Shown piece after piece: positions 51,412 to 59,891 of a DNA stretch of 64,000 nt. The position numbers and the translations under genes were made by a program. The DNA is from an uncultured virus (IMG/VR IMGVR_UViG_3300042350_004632) (Duplodnaviria; Heunggongvirae; Uroviricota; Caudoviricetes). Every line of letters starts with the position of its first letter. The first letter of the stretch is position 1. The notes below the pieces were generated by a model that was not told where the DNA came from, made no database searches, and was given only the letters and a program-made list of their open reading frames with translations. The stretch spans positions 1 to 64,000 of IMG/VR virus record IMGVR_UViG_3300042350_004632; one strand, 5' to 3'.

Positions 51412-52422
51412 ATGATGAATAGTAAGTTTAAATTTAAAAGTATAGTTCCTCAAAAATTAAGAACTGATACAGAATTTCCAAAAAAAGGAAATATTATATT
51501 TATTGAGAATGGTTATGTGATATACCCAAGTGTATCACCTAGTTTTAGTGTTACACCTAGTATAACTCCATCATTTACACCTAGTATTAGTATTACACCT
51601 AGTAAAACACCTAGTATAACACCTTCTGTTAGTATAAGTGCTACACCTAGTATTTCTATTAGTCCATCAATTAGTAATACACCAAGTATAACTATACCAC
51701 CAAGTACTCCTCCTTCTCCTACACCTTCACCATCATCAGGTTCAAATGGTGGTATAGTAACAAGTGGATTAATATTTAATTTACAATCAGCACCTTCATC
51801 AGGAACAACTTGGACTGATGCTTCAGGTAATGGATATAATGCGACTTTAGAAGGCACACCTTCATATACAGGTTCGTTTGGTGGTGGTATAAAATTAAAT
51901 AATGATGATTTGAATGGAACTGATTATATTATTGTTCCATATAATATTAGTACTAGTACTGTAACAGTTGAAGTTATAGCTTCATTTAATCCAACATCAA
52001 ACTGGGCAACTGTTTGGGGTAATGAATTTTACAACTCTGACGCTGGTTATTTTGCTTACATGGATAGCGCTATAACATTAAATTATGGTAAGCCAACTTC
52101 TGAATCCTCAAAAACTATAACAGCAAGCAATGCTGTAAGACAATGGATTTTTGTCCTCAATGGTACACAATATAGTTTATATTTAAATGGTTCACAAGTT
52201 GGTACTACGGACACAGTGAATATTCAAACTCTATTCACATCTAATAATTTCTATTTTGGTGCAAGACATAATAATGAAGGTACAGGATTTGGAGATGTAT
52301 TGAATAACTCAAACACAGCGTTACAACCTGTGTTCTATCAAATGAGATTATATAATAGAGCATTATCTGGAGCCGAAATTACTCAAAACTATAATGCAAA
52401 TAAAAGTAGATTTGGATTATAA
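51412..52422 (+). CDS. Mucin-like tract plus LamG/concanavalin-A-like lectin domain
   Basis: TPS repeats, then 'IVTSGLIFNL..SGTTWTDASGNGYNATL...LYLNG...MRLYNRALSGAEITQNYNA.K.RFGL'. Confidence 0.8.
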   Translation: MMNSKFKFKSIVPQKLRTDTEFPKKGNIIFIENGYVIYPSVSPSFSVTPSITPSFTPSISITPSKTPSITPSVSISATPSISISPSISNTPSITIPPSTPPSPTPSPSSGSNGGIVTSGLIFNLQSAPSSGTTWTDASGNGYNATLEGTPSYTGSFGGGIKLNNDDLNGTDYIIVPYNISTSTVTVEVIASFNPTSNWATVWGNEFYNSDAGYFAYMDSAITLNYGKPTSESSKTITASNAVRQWIFVLNGTQYSLYLNGSQVGTTDTVNIQTLFTSNNFYFGARHNNEGTGFGDVLNNSNTALQPVFYQMRLYNRALSGAEITQNYNANKSRFGL

Positions 52423-52430
52423 TTATAATG

Positions 52431-52462
52431 TTTGCTAACCCAAGTAAAGCTTAATATATTTA
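52431..52462 (+). promoter_or_regulatory. TTTG-N20-TATATTTA promoter, nearly leaderless ahead of PolB
   Basis: Exact motif and spacing; ATG at 52467. Confidence 0.6.
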
Positions 52463-52466
52463 ATAT

Positions 52467-55055
52467 ATGTTTCAAGCTATACACTATGATTTTAGAAATA
52501 AAACATGTCATCTAAGAGATGATAAACAAGGATGGATGAGTTTTGAATACTATCCAACTTACTATAAACTTGATCCTGATGGCAAGTATGAAACACTAGA
52601 TGGTAAACGAGTATCACCAACCCAAAAATGTGATAAAAATGATCCACTAACGTATTATGAGATAGATATACCTATGGAAACTAGGGTATTAGTTGATGCT
52701 TATAAAGATTTAGATGAGGCGCCTCAATATCATAATACAGTATTTATAGACATAGAGTGTGAAATTGGAGGAGCATTAACAACTGATTATATTAAATCAG
52801 CTCCAATGAAAATAACATCTATAGCTTTATATGATGTTACACTTAAAAAATACTATTGTTTAGTTTTAGACGAAAAAAAACAGTTAAATGATATTAAAGA
52901 AGATAACAAAGAAATTATATCATGTGCTAAAGAATTTGACTTACTATCTAAATTCATCAGTATATGGCTTGATTCTGATCCTACTATTATCAGTGGTTGG
53001 AATAGTGAGTTTTTTGATATACCTTATCTTTATCATAGGATTTGCAGGGTATTGGGTGAAGAAAAAGCTAAAGAATTATCACCGTTAGGTATTGTTTCTA
53101 CACAAGATTTCTTTAATAAGAAAGCTCAAACAAATGAATCTGTAGTTAATATAGCAGGTGTTAATCATCTTGACTATATGTTGTTACATAAGAAATATAT
53201 TATGAAACAAGAGTCATCTTACAAACTAGGTGACATAGGAGAGAAATATGTTAAGTTAGGTAAGATAGAATATGAGGGTTCACTTGATAAATTATTTAAA
53301 GATGATGTTCTTAAATTTATAGAATATAACTTACGTGATGTTGAGATATTAATTGAATTAGATAAAAAATTACAGTTTATAGATTTAACAGTTAATATAT
53401 GTCATTTATGCCATGTACCTTATGAGAATATATATTACTCAACAGCATTAAATGAAGGTGCTATTTTAACTTATCTAAAACGAAAAGATATAGTTTCACC
53501 TAATAAACCAACTACTTACAATCCAGCATTAAAAGAAGCAAATGAAGAATATGCTGGTGGTTATCTAAAAGATCCAGAACCAGGACTATATGAATGGGTG
53601 AGTGATTTAGATTTTACATCACTATATCCATCAATTATTCGTAATTTAAATATGGGTATTGAAACATTAGTTGGTAGAATACAAAATAGAAACAAGTATG
53701 ATAACCAATGGGGATTAGGAGATTTAAAAGCAATGGATGGTGAAGAAGAAATACCAATTGAAAAAGTAACACCAGATAGAAGAGTTAAATTAACTTACAT
53801 AAAAGTAAAAAACCTAATTGATTTAATTGAAAATAATAAATTAATAATATCAGCTAATGGTACTTTGTTTAGAAAAGATAAGTCTAGTATTATAGTAGAG
53901 ATATTAAATGATTGGTTTGATAAAAGAAAACAATATAAAGATTTAATGAAAGCTGCTTTTAAAGCTGGTGATACAGCTAAAGGTGAATATTATAATCGAT
54001 TACAACATACTTTTAAAATTAAATTAAACGACGTATATGGAGTATTTGCTCAGAATGGATGGAGATATAGTGACGGTAATTTATTTATTAGTAAAGCAAT
54101 CACACTCACAGGTCAACGTTTGGACCAGGAATCAATTAACTTTATCAATAGAGAAATTAGCACAGAGTTAGGAGTAGAAAAAGACTATGTAATTACAGCT
54201 GATACAGATAGTTTATTTTTTGAATTAAAAGATCTAATATTAAAACGAAAACCAGATATTAATATTAATAATAGAGAAGAAGTAGTACCTGTTGCTCTTG
54301 AGATAACTAAAGACTATCAAGATAAAACAAAACCATTCTTACAAAATTTATGTAAAGATTTATTTAATATTGATAATGAATATTTTGAATTAAAACAAGA
54401 GGTTGTTCTTGAACGAGGTTATTTTGCTGGTAAGAGAAGATATGCTCAATTTATTGTTAATAAAGAAGGTGTACCAACTGAAGAATTAGATATTAAAGGA
54501 ATGGATGTAATGAAATCAAACATGAATCCATTATATAGAAAGTTTGGTGAGGGTATTTTACTAGATATAATGTATGGTAAAACTAAAACTGAAATTGATA
54601 AAAAGATTATTGATTTTAAAAAATCATTAGATATTGTACCTATTAAAAGTATCGCTAAACCAACCGGAGTTAGAAATATTAAAAAATATATAGCTTCACC
54701 TCCACAATCAGGACAGATATTTTCTAAACTAGAACTTAAATGTCCTATTAATACTAAAGCTGCTATATGGTATAATGATTTATTACGTTTTAAAAAACTA
54801 GATAAAAAATATTCATGTTTTACAGAAGGTGATAAGATGTATTACATACAATTAAAAGACAACCCATATAAAATAGAAGTGATAGGATTTACAGGTAATG
54901 ATCCAGAATTCATAACTGATTTTATTATTAAATTTATTGATAAAGAAGAAGGATTTAATTCAACTCTACTAAACAAATTACAAGGTATATATAGTGATCT
55001 GAAATGGTCATTTCCAAGTTTAAATGCTTATGTAAATAAGTTTTTTTCATTCTAA
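52467..55055 (+). CDS. Family B DNA polymerase with 3'-5' exonuclease
   Basis: 'IDIECE', 'GWNSEFFDIPY', 'YNLRDV', 'DFTSLYPSII', 'KIKLNDVYG', 'ADTDS', 'KRRYA'. Confidence 0.95.
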   Translation: MFQAIHYDFRNKTCHLRDDKQGWMSFEYYPTYYKLDPDGKYETLDGKRVSPTQKCDKNDPLTYYEIDIPMETRVLVDAYKDLDEAPQYHNTVFIDIECEIGGALTTDYIKSAPMKITSIALYDVTLKKYYCLVLDEKKQLNDIKEDNKEIISCAKEFDLLSKFISIWLDSDPTIISGWNSEFFDIPYLYHRICRVLGEEKAKELSPLGIVSTQDFFNKKAQTNESVVNIAGVNHLDYMLLHKKYIMKQESSYKLGDIGEKYVKLGKIEYEGSLDKLFKDDVLKFIEYNLRDVEILIELDKKLQFIDLTVNICHLCHVPYENIYYSTALNEGAILTYLKRKDIVSPNKPTTYNPALKEANEEYAGGYLKDPEPGLYEWVSDLDFTSLYPSIIRNLNMGIETLVGRIQNRNKYDNQWGLGDLKAMDGEEEIPIEKVTPDRRVKLTYIKVKNLIDLIENNKLIISANGTLFRKDKSSIIVEILNDWFDKRKQYKDLMKAAFKAGDTAKGEYYNRLQHTFKIKLNDVYGVFAQNGWRYSDGNLFISKAITLTGQRLDQESINFINREISTELGVEKDYVITADTDSLFFELKDLILKRKPDININNREEVVPVALEITKDYQDKTKPFLQNLCKDLFNIDNEYFELKQEVVLERGYFAGKRRYAQFIVNKEGVPTEELDIKGMDVMKSNMNPLYRKFGEGILLDIMYGKTKTEIDKKIIDFKKSLDIVPIKSIAKPTGVRNIKKYIASPPQSGQIFSKLELKCPINTKAAIWYNDLLRFKKLDKKYSCFTEGDKMYYIQLKDNPYKIEVIGFTGNDPEFITDFIIKFIDKEEGFNSTLLNKLQGIYSDLKWSFPSLNAYVNKFFSF

Positions 55056-55076
55056 AAAATATATTATATTTAAAAT

Positions 55077-55811
55077 ATGAATAAGCAAATTCTAACATCA
55101 GTTATTGATAAGTACCATTTAGGAGGAACTGTAGAATCAGTTAAATGGGTTGTTAACAATAAAAATATAGTTATCAATTTTATTACTCCATTTAAAAACT
55201 TAGTAGGTAAAATAACCAGTTCTAACATCGATTTAGAGGACAGTGAAATTGGGATATATAATACTAGTCAATTTGTTAAGCTAGTCAAGATAATGGATAA
55301 TTATATAGTTTTAAAACTAAATAAAAGCGAACGTGGTACTCCACTTGAACTAACTTTAGCAGATAATCAATATGATTTGAATTATTACTTATCAGATCTA
55401 AATTTAATTGAGTCTGTTCCTGATATTAATGAACCAACTGCATATGATGCTACAGTAGATATTGATAGTGAGTTTATTAATAAATTTGTTAACGCTAAAA
55501 AGGCATTAGGTGATACTAAACAATTTACAGTTAAAACAGAATATGATGCTAATGAAGGAACACAATTGTTAATCACTATAGGTGAAGGAAATGGTTACGC
55601 TAATAAAATTAAATTTAAAAATAATTGTGAATCATTATTTGGATTAAGTGAAATACCATTCCCTGCTGATATAATGTTAGAAATATTAAAAGCAAATTCT
55701 GATACAACTAAGGGTAAAATAGAGATTAGTCAAGAAGGATTAATGAAATTAACATTTGAAGAAGATTCTATAGAATCTATTTATTATTTAGTTCGTCTTT
55801 CCACAAACTAA
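55077..55811 (+). CDS. Probable sliding clamp (gp45-like)
   Basis: 244 aa, follows PolB; 'IGIYNTSQF', C-terminal 'GLMKLTF...YYLV'. Confidence 0.6.
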   Translation: MNKQILTSVIDKYHLGGTVESVKWVVNNKNIVINFITPFKNLVGKITSSNIDLEDSEIGIYNTSQFVKLVKIMDNYIVLKLNKSERGTPLELTLADNQYDLNYYLSDLNLIESVPDINEPTAYDATVDIDSEFINKFVNAKKALGDTKQFTVKTEYDANEGTQLLITIGEGNGYANKIKFKNNCESLFGLSEIPFPADIMLEILKANSDTTKGKIEISQEGLMKLTFEEDSIESIYYLVRLSTN

Positions 55812-55827
55812 TATATTTATAAACACA

Positions 55828-56381
55828 AACAGAGACACGGTAGGTCTCTTAGTTACGAATAATTAAAAATCGCTCACCTTCGGGGAGCATAAAACACAGG
55901 AGGTTTAAAATGACATATTTATCCCATTGGGAAACAGACCCAATTGACATTTTTTGGAAGAATTTTTTTGACCAAAACAGTAAGTTTCAAAACACAATTG
56001 ACGCTAAAATCAACTACCCAGTTGATATCTACGAGACAGAAAACGGGTTACGATTTGAACTCGCAGTAGTTGGTCTAGACAAAGAAGATCTAGATATACA
56101 AACAGAATCAGATACATTAAGAATTAAACACGAAAAAAAGGAAAGTGATATTCCACTTGAAGCATACTACCAAAAAGGTATAGCTAAACGCTCATTTGAT
56201 TTAGCGTGGAAAATATCATCTAAACTTGATTTAAGCAAATTAGATGCTACATTGGATAAAGGATTATTAATCATTGATGTTCCTTATTCAGCTGATAAAG
56301 CACCTAAAAAAGTTGAAATCAAATCAAACAATAAATCCTTATTACAAGGATAATTAAAACGAGACCTACCAAAACTCTGTT
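55828..56381. repeat. 21-nt imperfect inverted repeats bracketing hsp20 (55828-55848 and 56361-56381)
   Basis: AACAGAG-acac-GGTAGGTCTC pairs with GAGACCTACC-aaaa-CTCTGTT. Confidence 0.8.
55910..56353 (+). CDS. Small heat-shock protein (Hsp20)
   Basis: 'YPVDIYE', 'ELAVVG', 'KGIAKRSF', 'ATLDKGLLIIDVP'. Confidence 0.9.
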   Translation: MTYLSHWETDPIDIFWKNFFDQNSKFQNTIDAKINYPVDIYETENGLRFELAVVGLDKEDLDIQTESDTLRIKHEKKESDIPLEAYYQKGIAKRSFDLAWKISSKLDLSKLDATLDKGLLIIDVPYSADKAPKKVEIKSNNKSLLQG

Positions 56382-56591
56382 ATGTTAATACCAACCCAGC
56401 TTATTCCATTCCAAGATAAACTTTATATCTTAAAACGTCGTGTTATAGATGATCCTAAATACACTGGTGAACCATTAGACACTATGATGAAATGGATAGG
56501 ATCAAATAAAGTTTTAAGAAAAGATGGTTATTTATTTTTTCTAGAAGAAATAGAAGAAGCTGAAGTGCTTGGCTATGAGACAAAAAATTAG
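56382..56591 (+). CDS. Small hypothetical protein
   Basis: 69-aa ORF between hsp20 and groES. Confidence 0.55.
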   Translation: MLIPTQLIPFQDKLYILKRRVIDDPKYTGEPLDTMMKWIGSNKVLRKDGYLFFLEEIEEAEVLGYETKN

Positions 56592-56614
56592 TATATTAAT
56601 TAAAATAAAGTATT

Positions 56615-56905
56615 ATGAGTAAATTAAAACCATTAAATGGGAACATTATTATTAAGCCTTTAGAGGACCAAGAAACAACTTATGGCAATATTGTAATTCC
56701 TGATATGGGAAAAGAAAAACCAGAAATAGGAGAAGTAATATCAGTAAGTGACACCTTAAATTGGCATACAGGAGAGTATGTTTGTTCAAAAATTAAACCA
56801 GGAGATATAGTTCTTATACCTAAGATGGGCGCTGTATCATTTATGGTGGATGGAGAAGATTATTATGTAACTAAAGAAACAGAAATATTAGCAATTTATG
56901 AGTAA
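56615..56905 (+). CDS. groES: Co-chaperonin GroES
   Basis: 'LKPLNGNIII', 'GNIVIPD..KEKP..GEVISV', 'IKPGDIV', 'ETEILAI'. Confidence 0.92.
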   Translation: MSKLKPLNGNIIIKPLEDQETTYGNIVIPDMGKEKPEIGEVISVSDTLNWHTGEYVCSKIKPGDIVLIPKMGAVSFMVDGEDYYVTKETEILAIYE

Positions 56906-58568
56906 AATTATAGAGTATAATCAAGAAGCAAGACAAAAACTAGCTGAGGGAGCTAGAAAGTTATCTCAAGCAGTTGTATCAACATTAGGTCCATTTGGTC
57001 GTAATGTTATTATTGAAAGACAAAATGAGTTACCTCAATCAACTAAAGATGGTGTTACAGTAGCTAAATCAATTACTTTAAAGGATCCAATTGAAAACAT
57101 AGGTGCTGAGGTGATTAAACAAGCCGCCATTAAAGCCGCTAATACTGCGGGTGATGGTACAACAACTACAACACTATTAGCTTATTCTATTATTAAAGAA
57201 GGTTTAAATAGTGTTAGAGCAGGTTCAAATGCTGTTGAAATCAAAAAGGGTATTGATGCTGCTGTTAAACAAGTAGTTAAAGCTCTAAAAGAAAATAGTA
57301 AAGACATTTCATCTGAAGAACAATTAAAACAAGTAGCTACAATATCAGCTAATAATGATGAGTCAACAGGTGAATTAATCGCTACTGCTATTGATAAAGT
57401 AGGTAGAGAAGGAGTAGTTGCTATTGAGGAAAGTAAAACAGGTGAAACATCACTTGAAGTAGTAGAAGGTATTCAGTTTGATAGAGGATATAAATCACCT
57501 TATTTTGTCACTAATAATAGTACAATGCAGTCAGTTTTAGAAGATCCATTTATATTAATTTATGATGGTCGTATAACAACAGCTGCTGAGTTATTAAATG
57601 TATTACAAAAAGTAAATAGTGAGAATAAATCATTACTTATTGTAGCTGATGATATTGATGGTGAAGCACTAGCCACACTTATTGTTAATAAAATGAGAGG
57701 TGTTGTTAAAGTATGTGCTGTTAAAGCACCTGATTTTGGTGAACGTAAAACATTACTATTAGAAGATTTAGCTATTGTTACTGGAGGTCAAGTTATATCT
57801 AAAGATAAAGGTTTGAAATTAGATAAAATGCCTGTAAGTCAATTAGCATCTTATTTAGGTACAGCTAGAACAATAACAGTAAGTAAAGAAAAAACAACTG
57901 TTGTTGATGGTAAAGGATCTGAAGAAGCAATCACCGCTAGAGCTATAGAAATTAAAACACAAATTGATAATGCTCAATCATTCTTTGAAAAAGAAAAATT
58001 ACAAGAACGTTTAGGTAAATTAATTGGTGGTGTAGCTATTATTAATGTTGGTGGTGTGAATGAGATTGATATGAAAGAATATAAAGATAGAGTTGAAGAT
58101 GCTTTATTTGCTACTCGTGCCGCTAATGAAGAAGGTATACTACCCGGTGGTGGAGCAGCGTTATTATATGCTAGAGAAGCTATTACATACAGTAAAGAAG
58201 AAAGTGAAGATTTTAAAACAGGTAAAAAAATAATTTATAGTGCTTTATCAGCTCCATTTATTCAAATACTTGATAATGCTGGTTATACTAATCCAAGTTG
58301 GTACATGTATGAATTAGGTAAAACAGCTTTAGACCCAAATACTGATGTATATGATAATACATGGAGAGGATATGATTTAAAAACTGAAACATTTGTTAAT
58401 ATGCTTGACGCAGGTATATTAGATCCAACTAAAGTAGTTCGTTTAGCAATTGAAAATGCATCATCTGTAGCAGGTACTATATTAACAACTGAAACTGTTA
58501 TATATGAGGAACCAACTAAAGATAAAAAAGATGATGAAGGAATGGGTAATATGATGGGAATGATGTAA
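56898..58568 (+). CDS. groEL: Chaperonin GroEL
   Basis: 'TLGPFGRNV', 'TKDGVTVAK', 'AGDGTTT', 'FDRGYKSPYF', GM-rich tail. Confidence 0.97.
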   Translation: MSKIIEYNQEARQKLAEGARKLSQAVVSTLGPFGRNVIIERQNELPQSTKDGVTVAKSITLKDPIENIGAEVIKQAAIKAANTAGDGTTTTTLLAYSIIKEGLNSVRAGSNAVEIKKGIDAAVKQVVKALKENSKDISSEEQLKQVATISANNDESTGELIATAIDKVGREGVVAIEESKTGETSLEVVEGIQFDRGYKSPYFVTNNSTMQSVLEDPFILIYDGRITTAAELLNVLQKVNSENKSLLIVADDIDGEALATLIVNKMRGVVKVCAVKAPDFGERKTLLLEDLAIVTGGQVISKDKGLKLDKMPVSQLASYLGTARTITVSKEKTTVVDGKGSEEAITARAIEIKTQIDNAQSFFEKEKLQERLGKLIGGVAIINVGGVNEIDMKEYKDRVEDALFATRAANEEGILPGGGAALLYAREAITYSKEESEDFKTGKKIIYSALSAPFIQILDNAGYTNPSWYMYELGKTALDPNTDVYDNTWRGYDLKTETFVNMLDAGILDPTKVVRLAIENASSVAGTILTTETVIYEEPTKDKKDDEGMGNMMGMM

Positions 58569-58618
58569 TAAATTTTGACCTGGAATTAAAACATATATTT
58601 AATATATAAATAAAAATT

Positions 58619-58849
58619 ATGATTTGGTATATTTACATTATTAGTATTAGTTATTGTGTTTGGAAAATGACTAAAAGCTATAAAAAAGTATATGGCGAAG
58701 GAAATCCAATTGGACCAACACCAGGATTAGAAACTCTATTTATTATTCCATTTGCTCCAATTCTAGCGGCGGTTGATATTACTATGACATGGGTTAGATG
58801 GTCGCGTGAAGCAGAAGAAGCTAAAGTGAGAAGAAATAAAATATTCTAA
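58619..58849 (+). CDS. Small membrane protein
   Basis: Two hydrophobic segments; follows a TTTGACC..TATATTTA element. Confidence 0.55.
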   Translation: MIWYIYIISISYCVWKMTKSYKKVYGEGNPIGPTPGLETLFIIPFAPILAAVDITMTWVRWSREAEEAKVRRNKIF

Positions 58850-58853
58850 TAAT

Positions 58854-59009
58854 TGTCAAGTGGTGAAAGCTAGATCAGCAGGTAGACACACCCACTCGTC
58901 TCGTGGGCGCTGAGTTTGAGATAGATGTTTGGATATGGGTTGACCACAAGCCGGCTATTTTGTCCAACATTGAATCACAGCGTGGATGGTTCGAATCCTC
59001 CCTTGACAG
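58854..59009 (+). ncRNA. Aberrant tRNA-like RNA (Leu-type D arm, GTC at the anticodon position, very large variable arm)
   Basis: Acceptor TGTCAAG/CTTGACA, anticodon stem CCCAC/GTGGG, T-loop GGTTCGAATCC. Confidence 0.65.
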
Positions 59010-59027
59010 CTTAAATATAGATACAAA

Positions 59028-59147
59028 AGGTTGATTGGGAAGCCTTACACCTTCATTAAAAAGTTGGAATGTAAGCAAGGAGGTGTAGGAACCGAAGTAA
59101 AGCCAATCGTAAAAGTAGATGTCCACGCACCCATCTTCTACTTTCCT
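59028..59147 (+). ncRNA. Putative structured ncRNA 1
   Basis: Stems GATTGG/CCAATC, CTTACACCTTC/GGAGGTGTAGG and AAAGTAGA/TCTACTTT; GC-rich relative to the genome. Confidence 0.5.
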
Positions 59148-59159
59148 AAAATTATTGAC

Positions 59160-59279
59160 ACGCACGGCAACCGAAGTCATACTAGTCAAAGATTAGGCAA
59201 TGCGAACAATCATGAAGAATACCTCACTGTGCGTAGGTTAGTTTTAAGTTCTTCTGACCGTGGGGAAAGGCCCACTCCA
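59160..59279 (+). ncRNA. Putative structured ncRNA 2, abutting tRNA-Leu
   Basis: Stems ACGCACGG/CTGTGCGT, CTAGTC/GATTAG, GGTTAG/CTGACC and GTGGG/CCCAC. Confidence 0.45.
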
Positions 59280-59364
59280 GCCTGGATGTTGGAATTGGTA
59301 TACAAGAAGGTCTTAAAAACCTTTGAGCTGAAAGCTCGTGCGGGTTCAAGTCCCGCTCCAGGTA
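59280..59364 (+). tRNA. tRNA-Leu(TAA)
   Basis: Acceptor GCCTGGA/TCCAGGT, anticodon arm AAGGT-CTTAAAA-ACCTT, variable arm GAGC-TGAAA-GCTC, T arm GCGGG-TTCAAGT-CCCGC; CCA not encoded. Confidence 0.95.
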
Positions 59365-59410
59365 CATACAAAAAAATATTAGTTTCTAGTATCTACCAAT
59401 ATTTATTAAT

Positions 59411-59878
59411 GTGAAACAATATGATACTAAAAAATCAAACAGTTGGAAAAAATTAGGAATAAAACCTAAAAATATTCCACAACAAGAGTTCATTGACATA
59501 TGTAATAGTAGTGAATCAATGGCTCACGCTGCTTCTAAATTAGGATTACATTTTAATACCTTTAGAAAATACGCCATGGGTTATGGTTGTTATAACACAA
59601 ACCAATCTGGTAAGGGATTAAAAAAAGATTTTAAAAAAAGAATAACTAATATAAAAGACTACGCAACAAGAGCATCAGTAAGAAAACGTATTTTACAAGA
59701 AAATCTTATTCCTCATGAATGTAATGAGTGTGGAATTTCAGATTGGAAAGGTAAAAAACTATCACTACATTTAGATCATATTGATGGTAAAGCATGGAAT
59801 CATGAATTATCTAATTTAAGATTTTTATGCCCAAACTGTCATTCACTAACCAGTACATATACTGGAAAGAATAAATAG
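59411..59878 (+). CDS. HNH endonuclease (homing-endonuclease-like), GTG start
   Basis: 'CNECG..W..KKLSLHLDHIDG..NHELSNLRFLCPNCHS'; HTH-like N-terminus. Confidence 0.88.
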   Translation: MKQYDTKKSNSWKKLGIKPKNIPQQEFIDICNSSESMAHAASKLGLHFNTFRKYAMGYGCYNTNQSGKGLKKDFKKRITNIKDYATRASVRKRILQENLIPHECNECGISDWKGKKLSLHLDHIDGKAWNHELSNLRFLCPNCHSLTSTYTGKNK

Positions 59879-59891
59879 TTCTTTAATTTAT

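Noticed and set aside
58875..59414. ORFs 58875-59189 (-) and 59031-59414 (+)
   Set aside because: They overlap the tRNA-like RNA, structured RNAs and tRNA-Leu; atypical composition and no credible start context.
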